Virus record (IMG/VR): IMGVR_UViG_3300021387_000025
Span: 1 to 64,000 of that record
Strand: one strand, 5' to 3'
Source of the DNA: a virus
Taxonomy: Duplodnaviria > Caudoviricetes
Length of the DNA stretch: 64,000 nt
Made by a program: the position numbers and the translations under genes. Every line of letters begins with the position of its first letter. Position 1 is the first letter of the stretch. Below the pieces are notes generated by a model, which saw nothing but the letters and a program-made list of their open reading frames with translations, did not search any database and was not told the DNA's origin. Below, piece by piece: positions 21,414 to 30,431 of this stretch.

Positions 21414-21568
21414 AAAAAGAAGAAAATAAACAATGTCCTCTTTTCGATTTTTGTAATGCAAAAACCGCTATGTGTAGAGTGTGTTTGCCAGATGAAAGTT
21501 GTTACTGGTATAGATGGTTTAAAAAACTTATTGAAGAAAATGAACAAATATCAGAATTTAAAAAATGA
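21410..21568 (+). CDS. Small Cys-rich hypothetical protein
   Basis: TTG start overlaps the previous TGA; GGAG SD; CPLFDFC...CRVC...CYWY; 52 aa. Confidence 0.5.
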   Translation: MKKEENKQCPLFDFCNAKTAMCRVCLPDESCYWYRWFKKLIEENEQISEFKK

Positions 21569-21585
21569 AAAAATCATAGAAAAAC

Positions 21586-21614
21586 TTGATAAAATTTTAA
21601 ATTTATGATATTAT
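21586..21614 (+). promoter_or_regulatory. Sigma-A-type promoter
   Basis: TTGATA-N17-TATTAT. Confidence 0.6.
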
Positions 21615-21638
21615 TTAAAATAAAGAAAGGAGAAATAA

Positions 21639-21869
21639 ATGAAATTTCTATTAAATGGTTGCGATATTAGTTTTTATGCTGAAGCACCTGAAGATATTAC
21701 ATTAAAAGATTTATTGAAACAATGTGATAGGATAGTGCCTGATTGGTGTGCTTGTGGAATTTGTTCTAGCAACCATAAGGACGAATACACGGATATATAT
21801 ATTACTTATGACGATGTTTGGAAAGCAAATGAAAGGGTATGTTGTCAAATAAAGGAGCCGAATGAGTAA
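21639..21869 (+). CDS. Small Cys-rich hypothetical protein
   Basis: AAAGGAG SD; 76 aa. Confidence 0.65.
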   Translation: MKFLLNGCDISFYAEAPEDITLKDLLKQCDRIVPDWCACGICSSNHKDEYTDIYITYDDVWKANERVCCQIKEPNE

Positions 21870-24198
21870 TCTTGAACAAACCATTAATGATTCATTCATT
21901 CAATATGCGGGAGCGGTTCTTCAGAACCGCGCCCTTATTGATGTACGAGATGGATTAAAACCATCTGCTCGCCAGATCTTTTATTCAATGGCACTTCATA
22001 AACTCACAAGTAAAAATCCTCATAAGAAAACCATGAATGCTGTTGGTATGGCAATGGCAGATTTTTATATCCATGGCGATTCAAGCTGTGAAGGCGTCAT
22101 AATGCGTGCCGGCCAGCCTTTTGCTATGAGGTATCCACTTGTAGATGTAAAAGGTAATGCTGGTTCATTAATTGCAAGTGGAAACTGGGCCGCGCCACGT
22201 TATACGGAATCTCGTCTTTCAAAGTTAATGGATATTATGTTTGAAGATATTGACAAAGATACCATCTCTGAATGGCGTGATTCGTATGACAATACAAAAC
22301 AATATCCAGCCGTTTTACCAACAAAAGGTTTTTATAATATTGTTAATGGTACAACTGGTATTGGTGTTGGTATGGCATGTAGCGTACCTCAATTTAATTT
22401 AAAGGAATTAAATAATGCTCTTATATACCTCATTGATAATCCAGAATGTAGCTTCGATGACATCTACTGCGCTCCCGACTTTGCAACGGGCGCGATTCTA
22501 TATAATGAATCCGAAGTCAAACAATCAATGCGCGCCGGAACCGGTTTTGCCTGTAAATTGCGATCAGTCGTTGACTTCGACAGCAAGGAAAGATGCTTTG
22601 TTGTTACAGAGATTCCATATGGAGTATATACAAACACCATTTGTGGAGAGCTTGAAAAAATAATTGAATCAGATGAAAATCCTGGTATTGAACGATTTAA
22701 CGATTTAACTGGTAAGACGCCACTTATTAAAATCTATTTAGTGAAGAAAGCCAATCCTGATAAAGTCTTAAAATATCTTTTCAAAAATACGTCACTTCAA
22801 TCTTATTTTGGCATTAACTTTACAATGCTTGATAAAGGAAGATTTCCGAGGATCTTTACTTGGAAAGAAATGCTTCAAGCACACATTGATCACGAGAAAG
22901 AAGTTTATCGTCGTGGGTTTGAATTTGACTTAAAGAAGATCGAAAATCGTATTCATATTATTGATGGACTTTTGATTTGTCTTGCGCGCATTGAAGAAGT
23001 AGTACAGACAATTAAATCTTCTGCTTCTACGGCGGCCGCTATGTCTGCGTTATGCAAAAACTTTCTACTTGATGATGTTCAAGCAAAAGCGGTTTTGGAT
23101 ATGAAGCTTAGCCGTCTTGCTCATTTGGAAGTTAAAAAGCTTGAAGACGAACGCGAGAATTTATTAAATGAAAGCGATCGTATCCATAAAATTTTAGATA
23201 ATGAAATTCTATTTAATCAGGAGCTAAAAAATGGATGGACAGAAGTTGCAAGAGTATTTGGAGATGCTCGACGCACCAAAATTATCACCTTGGCAACAGA
23301 TGATGGTTCTGACCCTATTGAACAAAAAAGAATATCAGTCACTATATATAACAGCGCCACGCTTTATGGGCAAGAGTCTAATACACTCTATAGCCAGAAG
23401 CGTAATGGCGTTGGAACGAAGTTTAAACTCGGAAAAGGAGAATTCGCAGTTGACACTCTAACCGGCCAAAACACAGATACAATTTTATTCTTTACTTCAA
23501 GAGGTAATTTCTATTCTAAAAAAATGTCTGATATACCTTTAGAAGAAAAAGTGTATTTGTCTGAGACAGTCCACAATGAACATATTGTTGCGGCCGCCTT
23601 GTTAGATTCCTCCAATAAAAAGAAATATGTAATATTTGTTACTAAGAATGGAATACTTAAAAAATCTGAATTATCAGAATACAATTTATCCCGTAATACC
23701 GGAGCAATTGCAATCAAACTTGATCAAGGGGATGAAATAGTCTCAGTCCTTTTCGTAGATGATGAACGAATTGGTATTTCAACAGTGGGAGGACAATTTA
23801 TCATTATCTCAACAAAAGATATTAGACCAATTGGAAGAACCGCAAGGGGTGTTATTGGCATCAAACTTAACGAAGCCGACGAAGTTTGCTGTGCCCAAAG
23901 TATCAATCCCGATACAAGAGAAATTGTTTCCATTTCTACAGATGGATTTATTAAACGATCTCCTATTACAGAATTTAAGCTTACAGGGCGTGCGACCAAA
24001 GGAGTAAAAATTCAAAATACGGATTCACTTTGTGGTATTTTGCCCATTTCTAATCCATCAGACCTACTTGTCACATCTAACAACGCGCAGATACGTATTA
24101 GTATTAACGACGTTCCTCTTTTAGGACGTGGCGCGCAAGGAGTAAAAGCTTTAAAAATGTCTGAAAATTCAAAAATTGTGAATATTTCAGCCGTTTAA
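21862..24198 (+). CDS. gyrA: Type IIA topoisomerase A subunit (GyrA/ParC)
   Basis: DVRDGLKP, IHGDSS, AAPRYTE (catalytic Tyr), GIGVGMA and PDFATG. C-terminal beta-pinwheel repeats (GRTARGV, GRATKGV, GRGAQGV) and a GyrA-box-like QKRNGVG. No TAG. Confidence 0.93.
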   Translation: MSNLEQTINDSFIQYAGAVLQNRALIDVRDGLKPSARQIFYSMALHKLTSKNPHKKTMNAVGMAMADFYIHGDSSCEGVIMRAGQPFAMRYPLVDVKGNAGSLIASGNWAAPRYTESRLSKLMDIMFEDIDKDTISEWRDSYDNTKQYPAVLPTKGFYNIVNGTTGIGVGMACSVPQFNLKELNNALIYLIDNPECSFDDIYCAPDFATGAILYNESEVKQSMRAGTGFACKLRSVVDFDSKERCFVVTEIPYGVYTNTICGELEKIIESDENPGIERFNDLTGKTPLIKIYLVKKANPDKVLKYLFKNTSLQSYFGINFTMLDKGRFPRIFTWKEMLQAHIDHEKEVYRRGFEFDLKKIENRIHIIDGLLICLARIEEVVQTIKSSASTAAAMSALCKNFLLDDVQAKAVLDMKLSRLAHLEVKKLEDERENLLNESDRIHKILDNEILFNQELKNGWTEVARVFGDARRTKIITLATDDGSDPIEQKRISVTIYNSATLYGQESNTLYSQKRNGVGTKFKLGKGEFAVDTLTGQNTDTILFFTSRGNFYSKKMSDIPLEEKVYLSETVHNEHIVAAALLDSSNKKKYVIFVTKNGILKKSELSEYNLSRNTGAIAIKLDQGDEIVSVLFVDDERIGISTVGGQFIIISTKDIRPIGRTARGVIGIKLNEADEVCCAQSINPDTREIVSISTDGFIKRSPITEFKLTGRATKGVKIQNTDSLCGILPISNPSDLLVTSNNAQIRISINDVPLLGRGAQGVKALKMSENSKIVNISAV

Positions 24199-24201
24199 AG
24201 T

Positions 24202-24230
24202 TTGATTTTAAATTAAATTTTGTATATAAT
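24202..24230 (+). promoter_or_regulatory. Sigma-A-type promoter
   Basis: TTGATT-N17-TATAAT. Confidence 0.75.
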
Positions 24231-24337
24231 ATATACATAGAAAGTTAAGAAATAACTTTCAAATGTAGTTGGCCGCCCAACACAAATAAACAAATAAATA
24301 AAAAATAAAAAGAATTGGCGGAAAAAAGGAGAATATT

Positions 24338-24592
24338 ATGGTACTTAAAGAGAAGACTCAGGAAGCTTTTGATTTTATCAAGAATCATGGTGGCAGCTGC
24401 ACAACTGCTGAAATTATGAATGGCCTTGGCCTCGAGAAGATCGCGTCTGTTACTGGTCGCGTTAACTCGCTGGTGAAGAACGGTCTTGCTACGACAGAAG
24501 ATGGCGGAAAGACTGAAGAGGGTAGAAAGATCACAATTGTTACTCTTACTGAAGAGGGTCTTAACTACGTTCCGGAAGCTGATGCTGAATAA
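24338..24592 (+). CDS. Small winged-helix DNA-binding protein
   Basis: TTAEIMNGLG..ASVTGRVNSLVKNGL..VTLTEEG MarR-like wHTH pattern. Confidence 0.7.
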   Translation: MVLKEKTQEAFDFIKNHGGSCTTAEIMNGLGLEKIASVTGRVNSLVKNGLATTEDGGKTEEGRKITIVTLTEEGLNYVPEADAE

Positions 24593-24688
24593 TAGATAAT
24601 AATGCCCGTAGTTGCGGCTACGGGCAGAATTATCAAATTAACTTTAAAAAGATTTTAACGAGCAAACTTACAAAAAATAGGAGAAAAA

Positions 24689-25612
24689 ATGTTTAGACAG
24701 GCAGAAAATAAAGTAAAGATAGAAGGAATTCTCGCGGAAACAGATTTAAGATATAGCTCCTTCCAGAAGGATGGAAGGGATGTTGAGGCAATTGGTGGCT
24801 CTATTAAGGTTCTTGTCGATCAGCAGATTAACGGAGAAAATGAGACCTTAGAAGTCCCTGTTTATATGTTTTCGACTAAATATACAAAGGCTGGAAAAAT
24901 TAATCCCGCCTATGAGTCAATTGAGCGTGTAATGAAAGAATATGTATCTATTGCCGCTTGTGGCTCAAAGGAAAAGGCTGATAAGGTTCGTATTACAAGT
25001 GGTTCTATTCGTATGAATGAGTTTGTTGGACAGAATAAACAGATGGTTTCTCAGCCAAGAGTTCACGCTTCATTTGTAGGAAAGGCAACCGGTGAGTTTT
25101 CACCTTGTGCCACTTTTACAGTAGAATTTATGGTTTCAAATATTGCTCGCGCAGTAGATCGTGATGGAGTTGAACTTGATCCTCCAAAGTTAAATGTTCA
25201 GGGTATTGTACCTCAGTATACTGCGCCAGATGCAACAGTTATGAATGTTGATCTTGTTCCGATGGTAGCAACTTCACCTAATGTTATTAATGCAATTGAA
25301 GGCTATTGGAATGCAGGTGAATGTTTTAAGGCAAGTGGTCGTTTAAACTTTTCTTCTCGAACTGAAGAAGTTATTGAAGAAGTTGACTTTGGCGAGCCGC
25401 AGAAGTCTTATCGTACGATTAATGTAAGTGAATTTGTAATTACTGGTGGTTCTCAGGTTCCTCTTGACGGAGATCTTGCTTGGGAATATGAAGATATTAA
25501 AGCTGCAATGGCGGCAAGAAAAGCACGTTTAGAGGAAAGAAAAACTGCTCCAGTAGAAAAGAAAGTTCCTGTACAGCATGGCACAAAAGGATCACTTGAC
25601 CTCGGATTTTAA
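24689..25612 (+). CDS. Putative single-stranded DNA-binding protein
   Basis: NKVKIEG OB-fold-like start and a C-terminal DLGF tail. Sits before an AAA protein and the helicase/primase genes. Confidence 0.5.
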   Translation: MFRQAENKVKIEGILAETDLRYSSFQKDGRDVEAIGGSIKVLVDQQINGENETLEVPVYMFSTKYTKAGKINPAYESIERVMKEYVSIAACGSKEKADKVRITSGSIRMNEFVGQNKQMVSQPRVHASFVGKATGEFSPCATFTVEFMVSNIARAVDRDGVELDPPKLNVQGIVPQYTAPDATVMNVDLVPMVATSPNVINAIEGYWNAGECFKASGRLNFSSRTEEVIEEVDFGEPQKSYRTINVSEFVITGGSQVPLDGDLAWEYEDIKAAMAARKARLEERKTAPVEKKVPVQHGTKGSLDLGF

Positions 25613-25626
25613 TTGCGAGGTGAAAA

Positions 25627-26592
25627 ATGGCTATTGATATTTTAAGTATTCAACCAAGTGTTATTTCTCGTGATTTAAAAGGTAAATATGTTTTAATTTA
25701 TGGCGCGCCGAAGGTGGGTAAAACTTCCTTCGCCGCCAAGTTCAAGAAAAATTTGATCCTTGCATTTGAAATGGGTACCAATGCTCTTGATGGAGTATAT
25801 GTCCAGCCCATTCAAAAATGGAGTGATTTGAAATTGGTTGTGCGTCAGCTAGGAAATGCAAAAGCTCGTGAAATGTATGACACCATTACAATTGATACGG
25901 CTTCAATTGCTTATGATCTCTGTGAACAGTATGTCTGCGTACAGAATGGCGTGCAGAAAATTAGCGAAATCCCATGGGGCGCTGGATATTCAGCTGTCAA
26001 ACAAGAATTCGAGTCAACATTGCGCGCGATCACAATGTTGGGATATGGTTTAATTCTTATTGCTCATGAAGAGGTAAGAAAAGAAACCATTGATGATTCT
26101 GAAAAGGAATTTTACAAGCCAGCGCTTAATAAGCGGTGTTACGAAATTTGTAATAGACTTGTAGATGTAATTGGCTATATTGCTATTGAATGGGACGAAG
26201 ATGGTAATTCACATCGGTATCTTTATACACGTCAGACACCATATGTAATGGCTGGAAGTAGATTTAAGTATCTTGCGCCAAAGATTGAATTTGGTTATCA
26301 GCAGTTAGTTGATGCTATCGCTGAAGCAATCGAAAAGAGTGCGCAGTTAGACGGCGCAACAGTTGTAGATGAAGCCCCTGAAGTTCATATTGAAGAAAAA
26401 CTCGACTTTAATAAAATAAGGGCAGAAGCGCAAGCTTTATGGACAAAGCTGGTTAGTGAAAACGAAGAAAATGCAATAACAATTTTGAAGAAGATTGAAA
26501 TGACTATGGGTCATAAAATGAAACTTTCTGAGTTTACAGAAGATCAGACAGATCTTTTAGCTCTTGTAGTGGCAGAAATGCGAGAAATGTAA
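25627..26592 (+). CDS. AAA/P-loop NTPase (Sak4/AAA_24-like recombination protein)
   Basis: YGAPKVGKT, TITIDT, ILIAHE and DVIGY motifs. Confidence 0.8.
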   Translation: MAIDILSIQPSVISRDLKGKYVLIYGAPKVGKTSFAAKFKKNLILAFEMGTNALDGVYVQPIQKWSDLKLVVRQLGNAKAREMYDTITIDTASIAYDLCEQYVCVQNGVQKISEIPWGAGYSAVKQEFESTLRAITMLGYGLILIAHEEVRKETIDDSEKEFYKPALNKRCYEICNRLVDVIGYIAIEWDEDGNSHRYLYTRQTPYVMAGSRFKYLAPKIEFGYQQLVDAIAEAIEKSAQLDGATVVDEAPEVHIEEKLDFNKIRAEAQALWTKLVSENEENAITILKKIEMTMGHKMKLSEFTEDQTDLLALVVAEMREM

Positions 26593-26598
26593 TTTTTT

Positions 26599-26628
26599 GA
26601 GTGGGCAGAGTATACCTCTGCCCATTTT
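26599..26628 (+). terminator. Intrinsic terminator
   Basis: GAGTGGGCAGAG-TATAC-CTCTGCCCATTTT. Confidence 0.8.
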
Positions 26629-26631
26629 AAT

Positions 26632-26660
26632 TTGACTTTTCGTGAAAATTTTGATATAAT
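26632..26660 (+). promoter_or_regulatory. Sigma-A-type promoter with extended -10
   Basis: TTGACT-N17-TATAAT. Confidence 0.8.
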
Positions 26661-26693
26661 ATATTTAGAATAATATTGAAAGGAGAAAATTAA

Positions 26694-27224
26694 ATGGCTC
26701 ATGAAGTTCAATGTCGTTTATGTAAAGTAAGATTTGATACAGAAAAAGAACCATTTACTCTTATTGGTAAAAAATCATATTATCATCAAAAATGTTATAG
26801 TGCATGGGTAGAAAAAAGAAACGACGCAAAGATAAATGAAGATGAAGACTTTTGGAAAGAAAGTGTAATCGACTATCTATATCGAGACGTAAAAATGATA
26901 ATGGATTTTGCAAAGATCGAAAGTCAATGGAAAAACTTCACAAAACCAGATCGTAAAATGACTCCAAAAGGTATTTACTTTGCATTAAGATATTATTATG
27001 AAGTTCAGCACGGTGATAAAAATAAAGCACTCGGTGGAATTGGTATAGTTGCAAATATTTATGGTGACGCCGCGAGATATTGGACTGATTTAGAAAATAG
27101 AAAAGCAGGAACTATTGAAGCAATTATTGAACAAATTAAAGCTCGTGAAAACAGAGAAGTTATTCCTATCATTAAAAGAGAACAGACAAAAAATAAGTCA
27201 AAATTTAGTCTTGATGATGTATAA
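26694..27224 (+). CDS. Zn-finger hypothetical protein preceding the helicase
   Basis: CRLC...YYHQKC; strong SD. Confidence 0.7.
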   Translation: MAHEVQCRLCKVRFDTEKEPFTLIGKKSYYHQKCYSAWVEKRNDAKINEDEDFWKESVIDYLYRDVKMIMDFAKIESQWKNFTKPDRKMTPKGIYFALRYYYEVQHGDKNKALGGIGIVANIYGDAARYWTDLENRKAGTIEAIIEQIKARENREVIPIIKREQTKNKSKFSLDDV

Positions 27225-27233
27225 GGAGAAATA

Positions 27234-28790
27234 ATGGTCGATAAGTCTACAATTTTACAGATAATCGGCGCGCTCATGAAGCATCCTCAGTATTTAAGCG
27301 AAACTGATAAATATAATTTAACACCAGACGATTTTTATTATAGAATTGATAAATTCATATTCGTTGCGATTGATAGTTTATATCGAAATGGCGCGGAACG
27401 TATTCAACCGATTGATGTTGAAAATTATTTAAGTACAAATGCAAGTGCAAAAGTAATGTTCGATCAATTAAAAGGTATAGAATATCTCCAGGACGCAGAA
27501 TATTTATCAGAAGAATCAAACTTTCCATATTATTATAAAAGATTAAAAAAGTTCAATATCTTAGAAGTTTTTAAAAATAAGGGATTTAATGTAGAAGAAT
27601 TTTACGTTGAAAATCCTTTAACCCAGAAAGCTTTGGAAATAAATGAAAAGTTTGAGTCATTAGAAATTGATGATATTGTTAATGCAATTAAATCAAAGTT
27701 ATTAGGCGTTGAACGTGAATTTATCCAAAACGATACTACAGAAACTGTAAATGTATTTGATGGTATTAAAGATATTATCGAAGAAGCTGAAGGTCAAGTA
27801 GATGTAGGTATTCCTCTTCAAGGCGAAATTTTTAACGAAGTTTGCGCGGGCGCGAGAAAAGGAGTTTTTGTATTAAGATCAGCAGGATCTGGAACTGGTA
27901 AAACTCGTCAAGCAGTTGGTGATGCATGTTATATTGCTTTTCCTTTTAGATATGAAACCGAACAAGGAAAATGGATTCAGAGTGGCAGTGGGCGCAAAGT
28001 ATTATTTATTGCAACAGAGCAAAACGCAAAAGAAATTCAGAAAATGATACTTGCATATTTAACTGGATTTAATGAAACTAAATTTAGATATGGTGGATTT
28101 ACAAAAGAAGAACAATTAATAATTCGTCAAGCCTTATGGGTTTTGGAGCAATATCAAAATAATTTCTTTATTGTGCGTATGCCAAATCCAACCATTGAAT
28201 TGGTAAAAACATTAGTAAGAGAAAATGTATTGATGCACGATATTGAATATGTATTTTATGATTATATTCATATTTCTCCTTCTTTGTTGGCAGAATTTAA
28301 AGGATATAACTTAAGAAACGATGAAGTTTTATTAATGTTCTCGACGGCATTAAAAGATCTGGCAGTTGAGTTGAATGTTTTTATGATGTCTTCAACGCAG
28401 CTAAACGCAAAAGGTGATGATAATTCAAATATTAGAAATGAGGCTTCGTTGTCTGGATCGAGAAGTATTATTAATAAGGCTGATATAGGCGCAATCATGG
28501 CGCGGCCTACAAAAGAAGAATTAGAGTTCTTAAAGACAGAAGGCGGAATTTCGATTTTGCCAACTATGGTAACTGATATTTATAAAGTTAGAGCTGGTGA
28601 GTGGAATCAGGTTAGAATTTGGAGTGATGTAAATTTAGGAAATCTTCGTAAAAAAGATTTGTTTGTTACTGATGCGCGGATGGAAGTATTAAATGTCGGT
28701 ACTTCATATAAATATCAGCAGAATTGGGAAGATGAAGTTGTGCAAGAATATATTAAAGAATTGAAAGTGATAAATGGGCTGACCTTATGA
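27234..28790 (+). CDS. dnaB: DnaB-like replicative helicase
   Basis: SAGSGTGKT, LFIATEQ, VFYDYI, SSTQLN and KADIG motifs; no TAG. Confidence 0.9.
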   Translation: MVDKSTILQIIGALMKHPQYLSETDKYNLTPDDFYYRIDKFIFVAIDSLYRNGAERIQPIDVENYLSTNASAKVMFDQLKGIEYLQDAEYLSEESNFPYYYKRLKKFNILEVFKNKGFNVEEFYVENPLTQKALEINEKFESLEIDDIVNAIKSKLLGVEREFIQNDTTETVNVFDGIKDIIEEAEGQVDVGIPLQGEIFNEVCAGARKGVFVLRSAGSGTGKTRQAVGDACYIAFPFRYETEQGKWIQSGSGRKVLFIATEQNAKEIQKMILAYLTGFNETKFRYGGFTKEEQLIIRQALWVLEQYQNNFFIVRMPNPTIELVKTLVRENVLMHDIEYVFYDYIHISPSLLAEFKGYNLRNDEVLLMFSTALKDLAVELNVFMMSSTQLNAKGDDNSNIRNEASLSGSRSIINKADIGAIMARPTKEELEFLKTEGGISILPTMVTDIYKVRAGEWNQVRIWSDVNLGNLRKKDLFVTDARMEVLNVGTSYKYQQNWEDEVVQEYIKELKVINGLTL

Positions 28791-29833
28791 TTAATTATGC
28801 AGAAATCATTGAAAATTTAAAAGATGAAGATGTTTTTCATTTATTGGAAACGCTTGGCGGTGAACCTATTGACAAAGAAGAATATATTCTAAGTAGATCT
28901 ATTTGTCACCACGATGATCCTTCAGAGGGAAATTATAAACTTTATTATTATAAGAATACTCATATTTTTTATTGTTATAGTTCTTGTGGAAGCATGTCAA
29001 TTTTTAAGTTTCTACAGCATTATTATGAGACAAGACAAATTGAGTATGATTGGTATAACGATATTTTACAGGTCATCTTAAATTGCGCAGCGACTATTAC
29101 TGTCGGTACAGCAGCTTATCGAAGTCAGGCCGACAACTACCGGCCACAGAAAGTGCGTAAAGAATTGCCAACTTATCCGGAAGGATTATTAGAAATTTAT
29201 AGTAAATATTATCCTATTGAATGGTTAAAAGATTCGATTACGACTCGCGCGATGGATAAATACAATATCTTGTTTTCTCATTCTCAAAATAAAATTATTA
29301 TCCCTCATTATAATGTTCATGGAGAACTTGTTGGCATTAGAGGGCGCGCCCTCAATGAATGGGAAGTAGAAAACATTGGTAAATACGCGCCAGTTTGGAT
29401 TGAAGGTAAGTGTTATAGTCATCCACTTAGCTTGAATTTATATGGCTTAAATAAAACTTGGGAGAATATTAAGCGAACTGGCACTGTTTTTGTCTTTGAA
29501 TCAGAAAAGTCTGTTCTTCAATTTGAAAGTTTTGGCTCATGGAAAAATTTAGCTGTTGCGTCTTGCGGCAGTAATCTTAATAAGTTTCAAGTTGATCTTT
29601 TAATTCGGACTTGTCAAGTCAAGAATATTATAATTTGTTATGATAATGAAGAATTGAAAGGTGAGGATAAATATTTTAATAAATTATATAATATGTGTAA
29701 AAAATACACAAATTATTGTAATATGAGTTTTATTTATGATCGTGACCATTTGTCGCCAAAGAAAGCAAGTCCTAGTGATTGCGGCGAAGAAATATTTGAA
29801 AAATTATTAGAAAGGCGAGTTTTTGTTAAATGA
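28787..29833 (+). CDS. dnaG: DNA primase
   Basis: ICHH..CYSSCG Zn domain, IIIPH..VGIRGR, LYGL, FESEKS and CYDNE TOPRIM motifs. Confidence 0.85.
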   Translation: MINYAEIIENLKDEDVFHLLETLGGEPIDKEEYILSRSICHHDDPSEGNYKLYYYKNTHIFYCYSSCGSMSIFKFLQHYYETRQIEYDWYNDILQVILNCAATITVGTAAYRSQADNYRPQKVRKELPTYPEGLLEIYSKYYPIEWLKDSITTRAMDKYNILFSHSQNKIIIPHYNVHGELVGIRGRALNEWEVENIGKYAPVWIEGKCYSHPLSLNLYGLNKTWENIKRTGTVFVFESEKSVLQFESFGSWKNLAVASCGSNLNKFQVDLLIRTCQVKNIIICYDNEELKGEDKYFNKLYNMCKKYTNYCNMSFIYDRDHLSPKKASPSDCGEEIFEKLLERRVFVK

Positions 29834-30030
29834 AAGTAGTAGAAAAAGTATTAACATGCTCTAGTCTTTATGATGGTTACAATGGACCTGAAGAAATTGA
29901 TCATATAGTAGCTGATGATATAAATAATGGTTGGTATGTTACTTCTATTGATAAATTTGTGAGGCCATCAAGGTTTGGTTTAGAATCAGAAATTATTGCT
30001 ATTATTACACTAAGAAAGGAGTCTATATGA
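29830..30030 (+). CDS. Small hypothetical protein (paralogue of 30237..30431)
   Basis: Shares VEK..C..Y.G..G.E...ADDI.NG...IITLRKE with 30237..30431. Confidence 0.65.
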   Translation: MKVVEKVLTCSSLYDGYNGPEEIDHIVADDINNGWYVTSIDKFVRPSRFGLESEIIAIITLRKESI

Positions 30031-30236
30031 TAATTGTTAGATATAATTTAAATGATGATATTGATCAAGTAGCTGAGATATGTTATAGTCTCCGCGAACT
30101 CAATTTTAAAGATGAAAAAATTATCTTTGTCCCACAAGATTGGGATATCTTATTTAATTGTTCTATTGCTGATCTTTATTACTTCAAAAGTATGATTGAA
30201 AATGCAATTCACGACAAAGAAGTTGCGGAGGTATAA
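30027..30236 (+). CDS. Small hypothetical protein
   Basis: ATGA overlap and AAGGAG SD. Confidence 0.6.
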   Translation: MIIVRYNLNDDIDQVAEICYSLRELNFKDEKIIFVPQDWDILFNCSIADLYYFKSMIENAIHDKEVAEV

Positions 30237-30431
30237 ATGATAGTAGAAAAAACTTATAAATGTTGTACTTTTTATGAAGGTTGGCGTGGCATTGAAAATT
30301 TAACTTTAACATTGGCTGATGACATAAAAAATGGTTATCACATTGCGGGCATGGAGCGCAATTTTAGTATTTCGGTCAACACGGCAATAACCGAACCTGA
30401 TTTAATTATTACACTAAGAAAGGAACATTAA
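30237..30431 (+). CDS. Small hypothetical protein (paralogue of 29830..30030)
   Basis: GGAGG SD; shared motifs as above. Confidence 0.65.
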   Translation: MIVEKTYKCCTFYEGWRGIENLTLTLADDIKNGYHIAGMERNFSISVNTAITEPDLIITLRKEH

